Of a stretch of 36,442 bases of DNA, positions 24,196-33,408 are shown in pieces. The notes under the pieces are model-generated. The model had not been told where the DNA came from and did not search any database. It saw only the letters and a list, made by a program, of their open reading frames with translations. This DNA is from a virus (lineage: Duplodnaviria; Caudoviricetes). The first letter of the stretch is position 1, and each line of letters starts with the position of its first letter. The position numbers were made by a program, and so were the translations under genes. The stretch spans positions 1-36,442 of IMG/VR virus record IMGVR_UViG_3300027769_000071. One strand, 5' to 3'.

Positions 24196-26981
24196 CAGGC
24201 GAGCAGCCCTCCAGGCCGTTTCTGCTTGATCAATTCCGATTGTACCGCTGCTGCCACTGCTATTCCGAGCTGCCTACCCTGTGTTTGGTCGCCTTGCACG
24301 CTGCTGCCTCCAGTGGTGACGTTAACGGTGACATTGACGCCAGCGCCACCGAAGCTGCCGGTTGGCGCGATGCCGCCGCTGCGACCTGGCATGAACAGCT
24401 CAGGGCCACGCTCGCCGACGAGATACGGCTGGCCAGCGGTGACGCTGCCGCCTTGGGCTCTTTGTGGGATGCCGTAGTTGGGTCCGAAGGTGCCAAGATT
24501 GCCGATCATGCCGCCGCCTGCGCCGATCGAGGTAGGCGCAGCAGGGCTCAGAAATGTCTTGATGGCATTGACTGCCTGTTCGATGATGAAGATCCGGATC
24601 AGCTGGTTTGCGATGTCAACCAGTACGCCAGAGGCGATCTGTTGCAGGCTCTTCTCCCATGATTGCGCACCGCTGATCAATGCGCTGAATGCTGACCCCA
24701 TGCCTTGCCCAATGGCATCAGCGACGCCGTTGGCTAGCTGGATCTGGTTTTGCACTCCGGTATTCAGTTCGTACTGTTTCTCAATGGCCTTTTGCAGGGC
24801 ACTTAGCCGGTCCTGATCGCCTTGCCGTTGCAGTTCATTCAGCTCGCGTTGAACCTCGCGCTGACTGGCGACCAGCTCGGTGTTGCCGACGTAGATCAGC
24901 GCCTCTTGCGCCCTGATGTCTTTCTCCTGCGTCAGCTGCTGTGCATAGCGGTATTGGATGTCAAGCGCTTTCTCCTGACCTTTGAGCCTGGTAGCGAGCA
25001 TCTTGTCACCCGCCGCCTCGGCAGCGGTGATCCTGTCCTGCATCTCGGATTTGAGCCTGATGATCTGCCCTTCCGCCAATCGCTCGCGGATTACCTGAGC
25101 AACTCTGGCTTGCTCTTCAGCGGCAGCCTTGGCGGCTGCGGCTGCGGCATCAGCGGCACCTCTGTTCGCGCCGCCTCCGCCTCCGCCTGCGGATGGCACT
25201 CCAGAAGGCATGATGCCACCGCCGCCAGCTGGCGGCCTTGGAGCGGGGGCTGCAGCCCTTGTCGGCAACGCAAGGATGGCTTGTGCTTTTTTCAGTTGCT
25301 GATCTGCAAGCTGTAGCCGCAAGGGCAGGTTTTGCAGTTGCATCAGCCCCTGCGGAGCAATCGCAAGTCCCTGCAATGTCAGTCCGCCTTTTTCCATAAG
25401 CGACTGATTTTGCAGCCTTGCAACGATCTTGCGCTGTTCTTCTTTTTGCTGTGCCGTTGCCGATCCACCAAAGGATGCTCCATAACCGCCAGGCTGCGTA
25501 CGTTCGCCTCTGAGCCTGTTCAGTTCGTTGAGCGTATTGAATGCCTCGACTGCACCTTTAATCGCAATGTCAATTGTGACTGCAATTGCCCCGATCGCAG
25601 CAATACTGCGCAGTGCGGTGCCTAACGCGGTAACCTGAGGCGTTGCCGATGCCGCAGAGGCGGCGACGGTTTTAGTGTTGTTTGCATACAGCGCAAACGC
25701 ACCAGAGCTTGTAGCAGCAGCTGTACCGCTAGCCGCCACTGCCGTGGTCATTGGGGCGACGGCAGCAATGAATGCAGTTCGCAGTGCGATGAATCCTTGA
25801 AACGCCTTATAAAGCAACGCCATCTGAATGCCAAGCTTGATCACTTCACCCGTGGCATTCATCACCGGCTGTGGGATTGCGTTCATCGCTGACGCAAACC
25901 CGTTGACGCCTTTAGTGATGTCCTGAAGCGTGATAACAACCGTCGGCCCAAACGCTTTTAGCAGTGCTTCACTCAGGTTCTTAAATGATGTATCAAGCGC
26001 CTTAAGTGTATTCTCAACACTGCCCTTCATCGTTTGGAAGTCAGCATCGGTTTTGCCGGTGGCATTGCCAATCTCGGCAAGAATCATCCTGAAGTCTGAG
26101 CCATCCTTTGACGCAGCAGCAAACGCGCCACGCATAGCCTCCGTAGGGCCAACCATCCGGGCTGCAGCTTCCTTGTCTTTGTCAATAGCAATCGCCAGCT
26201 CTCTCATCAAGCCGCCAAGACCCTTGGTCTGCAGGCCCATCAGGTTCCATTGGATGCCAAGCTTTGCAGCGGCAGTTTGGCTTTCCTTGGTTGGTTGCAG
26301 CAACTGCGTCAATACAGCGCTGAGGCTCGTGAATGCAACTTCAGCCGTGGCGCCGTTCTTGGTGGCAGATGCGATGAACGCATTCATCTCATCCAAGCTG
26401 ACGCCAGCCAATGCCGCTGTAGATGCGACGCGGCCTAGCTGGCTGGTGTAGTCGCTCCATTCCTGGTTGCCCAGCTCCACGGCTTTCGAGATGCTGTCCG
26501 TGACCTTGAATGCCTGGCTGCCTGACATGCCATAGGCATTGAGGGTCTTGACAAGCACCTCCGTCACCGCCTGCGTATCCGCAAGTCCGCCGACTGCCGC
26601 TTTGGTGGCGGCATTCAGGATCTCGACATTGCCTGCGGTATCGGCAAAGCCAGCTGATGCAGCCTGGTAGGACGCCGCTGCCAGTTCCGCCTTGCTGGCA
26701 ACCCCGCCGAGGTTGTCACTCAGCTTTGACAGCGCTGGATTGATCTTCGCAACATCAACGCCAACTGTTCCGAGCCTGCGGATGTTGCGATCAAGATCCT
26801 TGACATCACTGACAATACGGCTCAATGCAAAGCCAGCCGCCAGCGATGCGGCCAGTCCGGCTACCTTGCCGGTCAATGCACTGATTGACGCTTGGCTGTT
26901 CTTGGATGCCTGATCAAGCTGCTGCAGATTCCGTACTGCAGCAGAGCTATCTACCCGTACGTCAACAACAGCAACAGCCAC
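24195..26981 (-). CDS. tape measure protein (TP901-type core)
   Basis: 928 aa Ala-rich helical protein with C-terminal GG.V...YLVGE.GPELF.P and QKRPGGLL. Confidence 0.9.
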   Translation of the reverse strand: MAVAVVDVRVDSSAAVRNLQQLDQASKNSQASISALTGKVAGLAASLAAGFALSRIVSDVKDLDRNIRRLGTVGVDVAKINPALSKLSDNLGGVASKAELAAASYQAASAGFADTAGNVEILNAATKAAVGGLADTQAVTEVLVKTLNAYGMSGSQAFKVTDSISKAVELGNQEWSDYTSQLGRVASTAALAGVSLDEMNAFIASATKNGATAEVAFTSLSAVLTQLLQPTKESQTAAAKLGIQWNLMGLQTKGLGGLMRELAIAIDKDKEAAARMVGPTEAMRGAFAAASKDGSDFRMILAEIGNATGKTDADFQTMKGSVENTLKALDTSFKNLSEALLKAFGPTVVITLQDITKGVNGFASAMNAIPQPVMNATGEVIKLGIQMALLYKAFQGFIALRTAFIAAVAPMTTAVAASGTAAATSSGAFALYANNTKTVAASAASATPQVTALGTALRSIAAIGAIAVTIDIAIKGAVEAFNTLNELNRLRGERTQPGGYGASFGGSATAQQKEEQRKIVARLQNQSLMEKGGLTLQGLAIAPQGLMQLQNLPLRLQLADQQLKKAQAILALPTRAAAPAPRPPAGGGGIMPSGVPSAGGGGGGANRGAADAAAAAAKAAAEEQARVAQVIRERLAEGQIIRLKSEMQDRITAAEAAGDKMLATRLKGQEKALDIQYRYAQQLTQEKDIRAQEALIYVGNTELVASQREVQRELNELQRQGDQDRLSALQKAIEKQYELNTGVQNQIQLANGVADAIGQGMGSAFSALISGAQSWEKSLQQIASGVLVDIANQLIRIFIIEQAVNAIKTFLSPAAPTSIGAGGGMIGNLGTFGPNYGIPQRAQGGSVTAGQPYLVGERGPELFMPGRSGGIAPTGSFGGAGVNVTVNVTTGGSSVQGDQTQGRQLGIAVAAAVQSELIKQKRPGGLLA

Positions 26982-27007
26982 AGCGGGAACCGACCTTTGG
27001 GGTCAGT

Positions 27008-27190
27008 CTACCGGCTGCGGCGTTTTGCCTTGTCCATCTCTTGCTGTTCGCGCTTTCCCTTCACCTCGTAGTACGCGGCGAAATGCACGAACTCATCGTC
27101 GGTCAATTCTTGCCGCAACTGGCTCACGGTCTTGCCTAGCTCAGTCGCCAGGAAGAACTCAAAAAAGAGCCAGTTGTCGGCTTCTAGTCG
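27008..27190 (-). CDS. tail assembly chaperone T part (-1 frame of G)
   Basis: RLEADNWLFFEFFLATELGKTVSQLRQELTDDEFVHFAAYYEVK..., no start of its own, entered at A AAA AAC. Confidence 0.8.
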   Translation of the reverse strand, partial: RLEADNWLFFEFFLATELGKTVSQLRQELTDDEFVHFAAYYEVKGKREQQEMDKAKRRSR

Positions 27191-27540
27191 TTTTTTGCTG
27201 TCTCCAAGGATTCAGCTTGGCCGAGGCCAAACAGAAACAACTCCAGCTCGTTCAGTACCTGCTCCGGCAGTTCCCGTTGCAGCTTCACTGCATCAGCTGC
27301 AGCGAAAGCCTTGGTGCCGTCTTCAAGCTCTGCCTTGTGGCACAGCATCTGCGTGCTGATGTCCAGCGCTTCATCAGTGCCAGAGAGTCCTGTGGCACGC
27401 TTGCGATCGGCGCGGGTGATCGGCGTGAAGTAGAGCGGCAGCACAACCGTGCCATCCTCTTTCTTCACGTCAAACCGCCGACGTTGCGTCAGATCAAAAG
27501 CGCCGGTGAGCAGGTCAACGGTGCGGGTTGTAGCAGGCAT
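27184..27540 (-). CDS. tail assembly chaperone G
   Basis: Between tail tube and tape measure; ends GCA AAA AAC GAC TAG. Confidence 0.8.
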   Translation of the reverse strand: MPATTRTVDLLTGAFDLTQRRRFDVKKEDGTVVLPLYFTPITRADRKRATGLSGTDEALDISTQMLCHKAELEDGTKAFAAADAVKLQRELPEQVLNELELFLFGLGQAESLETAKND

Positions 27541-27959
27541 CAGATACCGAGAGTGATTGTTCCGTTCATGGTGAAGTTGATCGTCACCATTTCAAGCTCG
27601 CCAACAGTGGCGCCGTATTCGGTGGAGTTGATCACGATGCTACCCGTGATCTTCTTGCCGCCGGTTTCATCAAGGTACAGCTCGACAAAGGCATTGCCTT
27701 CATCGGTTGCTGTGCCGACATCCTTGATCAGGTCCAGCTTATCGCCGGCGCCTGGAGCATCGTACAGCACTTCCATGCTGCCAGTGCCGCCAAGAAGGCC
27801 GCCAATGTTGGCCTTGTAGGTTGCGCCTTGAGCGGTGGTCTCAAGGACATCCTTTTCAACAGTCATCGACCATGAACGCACGGCAGCGATCTCGGAGATG
27901 CCGCCGCTGCTGTCTTTATCGAAAAAGACAGTACCTTGTTCGCCGCGATAGAAAGCCAT
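27540..27959 (-). CDS. tail tube (major tail) protein paralog 2
   Basis: MAFYRGEQG, RSWSMT.EKDVLETT, EYGATVGELE. Confidence 0.8.
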   Translation of the reverse strand: MAFYRGEQGTVFFDKDSSGGISEIAAVRSWSMTVEKDVLETTAQGATYKANIGGLLGGTGSMEVLYDAPGAGDKLDLIKDVGTATDEGNAFVELYLDETGGKKITGSIVINSTEYGATVGELEMVTINFTMNGTITLGI

Positions 27960-27961
27960 GA

Positions 27962-28378
27962 TCAGATCGAGGTGGTGATGGTGCCGGAGGTGGTGAAGTT
28001 ACAGGTGATAACTTCAAGCTCGCCGACGGTGGCGCCATACTCGGCGGAAGTGATCAGCCCGGTGAAGCTGATCTTCTTGGTGCCGCTGGTGTCAAGGAAC
28101 AGCTCAAAGGTAGCTGTCGCTCCATCAGTGGCGGTATTGGCCGCCTCGATGAAGACATTAGTCTCATCAGCACTTGATGCGGTGTAGAGCACCTCAACAG
28201 TGCCGCTGCCGCCGATCAGCCCGCCGATGTTGGACTTGTAAGTGGCACCGAGTGACGTGGTTTCGAGCACGTCCTTCTCAATGGTCATCGACCACGAGCG
28301 GGTGGATGCAATGGTGGCGTTGGTGGTGCCGGCATCGTCAAACTTGACGGAGCCTTGTTCGCCTCGATAGAAGGCCAT
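27962..28378 (-). CDS. tail tube (major tail) protein paralog 1
   Basis: Same motifs as the neighbouring paralog. Confidence 0.8.
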   Translation of the reverse strand: MAFYRGEQGSVKFDDAGTTNATIASTRSWSMTIEKDVLETTSLGATYKSNIGGLIGGSGTVEVLYTASSADETNVFIEAANTATDGATATFELFLDTSGTKKISFTGLITSAEYGATVGELEVITCNFTTSGTITTSI

Positions 28379-28380
28379 GG

Positions 28381-28806
28381 TTAGAGATCCTCGAAGGTTT
28401 CAAAGGTCATGCGGACCTGTGATTGGAAATAGCCTTCAGGAGATGGCGCAGCCATGACCTCCGGCCCGGTTGGGGGATCGAAGTGAACTCCCGACACGAT
28501 AACCCTATTGTAGAGATTGCGAACACGCTTGCCGATCACAAGGTTCGCGCCAGGACCAACACCTTTGGGCGTGAAGATGTTGACGACGACGACACCGATG
28601 ACGCTGTTGTTGCTGCCGGTAGTGCCGCCCATCGTCAGATAGGAGTTGTTGCCGAAGCTGACGAGGCATTGAAGCCATGTGCTGCCTGGTGTCGGCGTGT
28701 ACGCCATGTTGTGGAACACCACCGCATAGGACGGCGATTGCGCCATCTCAGTGGCGAGCCTGCCCTCGATGGTGGCGCGGACGGTGTTCAGGTCAATAGC
28801 AGCCAT
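28381..28806 (-). CDS. tail terminator-like protein (DUF4128-like)
   Basis: Synteny; V.F.N..Y.P, G...VNIFTP.G.G motif. Confidence 0.7.
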   Translation of the reverse strand: MAAIDLNTVRATIEGRLATEMAQSPSYAVVFHNMAYTPTPGSTWLQCLVSFGNNSYLTMGGTTGSNNSVIGVVVVNIFTPKGVGPGANLVIGKRVRNLYNRVIVSGVHFDPPTGPEVMAAPSPEGYFQSQVRMTFETFEDL

Positions 28807-29237
28807 CAGTCAGCCCTCCCGAGCTTGTCAGCCTCAGCACGCGCCCATTGCGTCATCTCGCGGGCGATGAGGTCAGTCCATCCTGCAGGTGCTTGCTGGC
28901 TATGGCCATTGGCCAACGGCTCAGCGTATGGAAGGTTGTTGTGGATGTGGTAGCTGTTGCCAGCGCGCTCCTGCTGATAGCCCACGCGGGCGATTGAGAT
29001 TGCCGATTGAGCTTCCTCAGCCGTGGCGTACTCTGATTTGTCGTAATCGCCGGCAGGTTGCATCCCACCAGCGGTGCCATTCTCGCTGACTTGCCAGCTC
29101 ATCCTGAACCTACCTGTGTCAACAGGACTGCCAAGCTTCAACCGGCCATCAACCTCCAGCACCACCACGCGCAGGAGCTGTTCGTACTTCTCAGTGGAGT
29201 AGCTGCCGATCTGGGATAGGTTGATGCGACGCGTCAT
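28806..29237 (-). CDS. HK97 gp10-like tail completion protein
   Basis: SPVDTGRFRMSW, NNLPYAEPL..GHSQQAP.G. Confidence 0.8.
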   Translation of the reverse strand: MTRRINLSQIGSYSTEKYEQLLRVVVLEVDGRLKLGSPVDTGRFRMSWQVSENGTAGGMQPAGDYDKSEYATAEEAQSAISIARVGYQQERAGNSYHIHNNLPYAEPLANGHSQQAPAGWTDLIAREMTQWARAEADKLGRAD

Positions 29238-29239
29238 GA

Positions 29240-29596
29240 TCAGGCCCTCAGGATCAGCTCGTAGGTGATGGCCGTATTGTCCTGCTCGATCGTCTGCACG
29301 CGGATGATCTGATGCGACACCGTGCTGATCACCACGCGGTCGGCCGTGTTAGGCGTCACCGCAAGATCAGCAGCTGCCAGGATCAGCCGCTTGTCGTTGG
29401 CTTGAATCAGCTCATTGACCTCGCGCTTGTTCACGTCTTCCAGTACGCCGCGCACCGTGTAATCGGCAGTGGTTTCAGTGATGGCGCCAGTGGTGGCGTT
29501 GTAGGTGCCGCCACTCACCTGGCGGTAGGTCAAGCTGCCACCGAACTTAGCCATCAGCTTGGTGGCTGCTTTTCGTAGCGAGCTTGCAAGTGCCAT
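29240..29596 (-). CDS. head closure / stopper-like protein
   Basis: Synteny; KFG..L, Y...TG, I...DKR...A, YEL.LR. Confidence 0.7.
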   Translation of the reverse strand: MALASSLRKAATKLMAKFGGSLTYRQVSGGTYNATTGAITETTADYTVRGVLEDVNKREVNELIQANDKRLILAAADLAVTPNTADRVVISTVSHQIIRVQTIEQDNTAITYELILRA

Positions 29597-29844
29597 CAGA
29601 GCTTGTAGGCGACGCAGTGGCCATTTTGCAGCTTGATGCTGGTGAACACACCGTACAGCGTGGAGCTAGCCGAAAATGATTGCCCCGAGATGGTCTCACC
29701 GTCCCAGTTCAGCGGCACCAACGTATCGATCTGCGTGTTAGTCGTGAAGTGAATCGCGCACCAACGGCCCGTATGAGTTGTGCTGTCACCAATGAAGGTG
29801 GCACCCTTCGCGTAATCAATGCCTAGGACGTTGGAGTCGCTCAT
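29596..29844 (-). CDS. small virion-associated beta-rich protein, paralog 2
   Basis: G..FI.D...HTGR...GVFTSI.L..G...AYK. Confidence 0.7.
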   Translation of the reverse strand: MSDSNVLGIDYAKGATFIGDSTTHTGRWCAIHFTTNTQIDTLVPLNWDGETISGQSFSASSTLYGVFTSIKLQNGHCVAYKL

Positions 29845-29846
29845 GA

Positions 29847-30074
29847 TCAGATCTTGTAGGCGGCGATCTTGCCCGAGGCCAACGTCACGCTGGTAAAGAC
29901 CGCCTCAACGCATTGACCGGCCTTCAGTGGCACATTGGTGAAGGTATTGCCAGTCTGATTCAGGATCACGGCACTGGCGATCACCGAATCTTCAAAGGCC
30001 ACAAGCTCATTGAAACGCCCCGTATGCGCAGCGGTGTCGCTGATGTATTCAAAGCCGATGGCGTATTCAGACAT
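29847..30074 (-). CDS. small virion-associated beta-rich protein, paralog 1
   Basis: G.EYISD...HTGR...VFTSV.L.SG...AYK. Confidence 0.7.
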   Translation of the reverse strand: MSEYAIGFEYISDTAAHTGRFNELVAFEDSVIASAVILNQTGNTFTNVPLKAGQCVEAVFTSVTLASGKIAAYKI

Positions 30075-30076
30075 GA

Positions 30077-30631
30077 TCAGCTCCGGCGGATGGCGATGTT
30101 ACCTGGTCCACTGATTCTAAGCCCTGTCAGGTAGCGCTCCATCAGTGGCGGCACCTTGTCAATCCCCATTGACTGCGCTGGCGTCACATCTAGGCTGCCA
30201 ATCTTGACATTCTTATAGTCCTCAAGTCCGGTAAGCCCCAGTCCGTCGGTGTTGTTGTTGAGGTAGATGGCAAGCACCACCTGCGCCCGCTTGATCTGAT
30301 CCGGGATCTCGGTGTCGGTGTAATAATCGGTGGTGATGCGGAATGGGAATCCGACTGCGTATGTATTGATGTAGGTGTCAGGCTTGCGAACGCCGGTTCT
30401 GGGCCATTGCATTGACTGAGTGTCAGTAGCGCGAGCACCAAGGAACCTTTCACGATCCAGCCTCTGCGCAGCGGTGTAAAGTGCGCGATTCTTGGCATCA
30501 GTGGTTGCTGTTCCCCATGCGGTGACATCAGCATCTTGCACCATGCCGTCAACGATGGCTTGCGCATCAGCCAGCGTCAGGTAGGAATTGGCGCTTGCGC
30601 CGCCCACTGTTGCGTCGAGGCTGATCGCCAT
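30077..30631 (-). CDS. head-tail adaptor (DnaT-like phage family)
   Basis: ANSYLTLADA, AL..A...LD, Q...WPR, IP..IK.AQ..LA. Confidence 0.75.
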   Translation of the reverse strand: MAISLDATVGGASANSYLTLADAQAIVDGMVQDADVTAWGTATTDAKNRALYTAAQRLDRERFLGARATDTQSMQWPRTGVRKPDTYINTYAVGFPFRITTDYYTDTEIPDQIKRAQVVLAIYLNNNTDGLGLTGLEDYKNVKIGSLDVTPAQSMGIDKVPPLMERYLTGLRISGPGNIAIRRS

Positions 30632-30755
30632 TGAATCGCTCGGTAGTGTCGTCGGTTGCTACGTCAAGCGTAGCCGGGCTCTCTGTGGAAAAAGAGGCCA
30701 CCTCAGAAGAGGCAGCCTCACGTTCACGCAGTCGCCTAAAAGCGAACAGCCCCAT
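30567..30755 (-). CDS. hypothetical protein (MGLFAFRR...)
   Basis: TGATG-coupled ORF in the head operon. Confidence 0.55.
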   Translation of the reverse strand: MGLFAFRRLREREAASSEVASFSTESPATLDVATDDTTERFNGDQPRRNSGRRKRQFLPDAG

Positions 30756-31168
30756 CAGGCAACGGCAGATCCGGTGGATCCAAGGCCGTAGAGGGTGATG
30801 GCCTGGGAGCCTGCGGTCACGCTGGTGACGTAGCCGATGAACTCCTTCGAGGCGTTCTGCACCACGGTGGCAACACCGGAAACAGTCACGCCAGAGCCGC
30901 CACCAACGGTGATGGTGATGGCGCTAGCCGCAGCGTTCAGAACAACAACGCGGAAACATGTGCCAACTGCGCAGTCACCGCCGATGGCGGAGATGATGGC
31001 GGAGGCGGCTGCCGTCGTGTAGGTGGCGGTGCTGGTAGGCACGCCGCGCACGATTGCGTTGTAGGACTGAGCAGCGGTCAAGGTGGCCGTGTTGGTCACC
31101 TCGGCAAGGGTGCATTGACCTGGCAGAAGGCCGCCAGGGATGTCACCGAGCTCAAAGATCGAAGCCAT
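30755..31168 (-). CDS. putative capsid decoration protein
   Basis: A/T/S/G-rich, immediately after the major capsid gene, GGAGG ribosome-binding site. Confidence 0.65.
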   Translation of the reverse strand: MASIFELGDIPGGLLPGQCTLAEVTNTATLTAAQSYNAIVRGVPTSTATYTTAAASAIISAIGGDCAVGTCFRVVVLNAAASAITITVGGGSGVTVSGVATVVQNASKEFIGYVTSVTAGSQAITLYGLGSTGSAVA

Positions 31169-31183
31169 GGTTAGGTCCTCCTA

Positions 31184-32188
31184 TCAGTCGTAGTTGGAAG
31201 TGATCGTGGCTCTAACGATCCCGATGTTTTTCGTCTCGTAAACTTTCGACCAGTTGCCAACCGTGGCCAGCTGAGCGCCGGTCGGGTTGGTGGTGGTGAC
31301 GGCCCACTTGGCACCTACCGGGTGGTAGATGTTGTGCCAGTCAACGGCCATGGCATCGGACTTGGCCAGGATGTCCCGGTCGGTCTCGGTGCGCAATGCC
31401 TGCTGCTCACCGGTGGCGACAGCGCCTTGGGTGAAGAAGTAGCAAGCGTAGTTGCCGCCGCTGTTGGTGATGTCGTCAGAGACGATCACGCGCAGGCCCA
31501 TGTAGGTCGGGACTGAGTTGTCACCGCCATAGGCAGAGACCAGCGAGCCGCCGCTGAAGGTGGTGGCAGTGCCGCGAGCGTCAGCAGTGCTGACGTAGTC
31601 GATGGCCTTGCGCTCCACGAGGTCGTAATAGCAGGCGCTGTGCATGGCAACAGCGGCCAGCTTGTCACCTTGATCGCCGAGCTTGGCGCGGGCCTGAGCG
31701 ACCTGCTTCGGCCCCAGGGTGGTCATGCCACTGGTGTCAAAGCGCAGCGCATCAAAGGCGGGAGAGTCGGAGCCGGTGAGACTGCCGAACACGCCTTCAA
31801 GGCACTTGTAGAGGTCCTTCTGTTGTTGGTTGGCGATGTACTCGCCGACCTTGGCGCCGATGGCAGCCATCGGATCAGCGCCGGCAGCAAGAGCCGCCAG
31901 GTCGCGTGATTCAAAAGCGCGGCCACGGTGGAGGATCACGCCGATTTGCTTGTCGGCAGTGATCTTGCCAGGGGTGAGACTGGTTGAATCGGTCAGCACT
32001 TCAGCGTCGCCGCTGAGGTTGGCTTTCCAGAATGGGATGTTGACAAAGTCACCGCCCTCGGTGGCATTCAACTCCGCCATGGGTTGAGCCACGCCACTTG
32101 CCAGGAATTGATTCCTGACGGTGGATTGCTCAAGCACATAGGGGGTAAAAACCTCGGGGATGATGACATCGGAGCGAAGAGTCGCCAC
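31184..32188 (-). CDS. major capsid protein
   Basis: DVIIPEVF..Y, P.W.A.LSG, DL..LAAG.DPM.AI, MHS..Y..L, ETDRDIL; AGGAGA ribosome-binding site. Confidence 0.9.
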   Translation of the reverse strand: MATLRSDVIIPEVFTPYVLEQSTVRNQFLASGVAQPMAELNATEGGDFVNIPFWKANLSGDAEVLTDSTSLTPGKITADKQIGVILHRGRAFESRDLAALAAGADPMAAIGAKVGEYIANQQQKDLYKCLEGVFGSLTGSDSPAFDALRFDTSGMTTLGPKQVAQARAKLGDQGDKLAAVAMHSACYYDLVERKAIDYVSTADARGTATTFSGGSLVSAYGGDNSVPTYMGLRVIVSDDITNSGGNYACYFFTQGAVATGEQQALRTETDRDILAKSDAMAVDWHNIYHPVGAKWAVTTTNPTGAQLATVGNWSKVYETKNIGIVRATITSNYD

Positions 32189-32261
32189 GGTGTTTCTCCT
32201 GAAGGGGATTTGTGATCAGTGGGCGCAGCCCTTGGCACCAGCGCGGCCGGTTGTGATTATC

Positions 32262-32933
32262 TTAGCGATTCGCAGATGCTTTGAGCCTTTCGTATAGATC
32301 CCGATCAGTCTTAAAGAGCCGTGATTGCTCGGTGAGATTGAACGATTCGCGGCTGAATGGGTTCTTGATGCCAATCGTGGCGGTGCTGCTCACCTGCCCT
32401 GATGGCGCGCCACCGCCTTGCGGCTTGGGCTGCTTCTGCATCCATGCCGGCAGACTCTTGGCCCATTCGCCCATTGGCGTCCGCTGGTAGCCGTCAACCA
32501 CAACCACAGTGCCGTCAGGCTCGCGTTCGATCTGATCGGCGCTGAGCTTGGTCTTTAGCACCATGTCTGGATCATGCACGATGTCCGCCAGTGCGGTCAC
32601 TGCTGGGGTGATGAGTTCCAGTTCTCGGACTCTGACTTCAAGTTCGGCGATGCGCTTGTCCTTCTCCGCCGTCGCCTCGCGGAACTGCTGCTCCAGAGCC
32701 TGTCGAGCTTCCTGATAGTTTCCTTTCGACTCAAGCTGTTGCTGCTCGTAGCTTCGCTTGAACTCCAGCAATTCATCGACATTGACACCATCCGGCAGCT
32801 TGGGCGCTTTCTTGGCTGCACGCAGCTCTGCAATCAGCTCTTGGTTCTTGCGTTCGAGCGCCTCAATGCTGCGCTGCAGCGTTTCAGCCTCACCAGTTGC
32901 CGCAGGCTCCTGGTTCTGGATTTCATCAGACAT
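32262..32933 (-). CDS. capsid scaffolding protein
   Basis: Coiled coil, G.GA linker, C-terminal NPF...FNLTEQ; upstream of the capsid gene. Confidence 0.8.
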   Translation of the reverse strand: MSDEIQNQEPAATGEAETLQRSIEALERKNQELIAELRAAKKAPKLPDGVNVDELLEFKRSYEQQQLESKGNYQEARQALEQQFREATAEKDKRIAELEVRVRELELITPAVTALADIVHDPDMVLKTKLSADQIEREPDGTVVVVDGYQRTPMGEWAKSLPAWMQKQPKPQGGGAPSGQVSSTATIGIKNPFSRESFNLTEQSRLFKTDRDLYERLKASANR

Positions 32934-32965
32934 GAACAACCCGCAGGGTCAAATACAGATCAAGG

Positions 32966-33241
32966 CTACCATTTTTCGCGGTTGGCCCAGTAGGCGGGCG
33001 ACATCTTGCCTTTGGCTATGTTGACGGCATGACGCGCCTTGAATGATGCCCTTCTGGCCTTGTCTGCTGCTGTTTCTCCTTTTCGTGGCGGCGAGCCAGA
33101 TACGCCCTGCTGACCGAAACGAATAAGCTTCACCATCTCGCCTTCCTTGGCGAGTACGGCATGGGATTTGGTTGGGTGGTTCGGTGTGCGCTTGGGTTGG
33201 TTGTAACCCTCGAACTGCTCACCGCGGTAGGTGATGGTCAC
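32966..33241 (-). CDS. small basic phage protein
   Basis: GYN.PKRTP.HPTKSH.V, IRFGQQG, RR.SFKARH, S.AYWA...W. Confidence 0.75.
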   Translation of the reverse strand: MTITYRGEQFEGYNQPKRTPNHPTKSHAVLAKEGEMVKLIRFGQQGVSGSPPRKGETAADKARRASFKARHAVNIAKGKMSPAYWANREKW

Positions 33242-33408
33242 TTGCGTTTCGGCTTGCGTGGCTTGGCAGTTTTGGCCGCGGCCTTGAATGCACCCTTGTC
33301 TGGGTAGTCAGCTTCACCGGGTCGCGCCTTGCGTTCCTTGGCGCCGGACTCGATCCGTTCGCGCTTGGCGTTGATGTTGGCGTAGAGGCCGGGCTTTTTG
33401 CGTGCCAT
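33238..33408 (-). CDS. small basic protein (56 aa)
   Basis: Hand translation MARKKPGLYANINAKRERIESGAKERKARPGEADYPDKGAFKAAAKTAKPRKPKRK, coupled at both ends. Confidence 0.75.
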   Translation of the reverse strand: MARKKPGLYANINAKRERIESGAKERKARPGEADYPDKGAFKAAAKTAKPRKPKRK

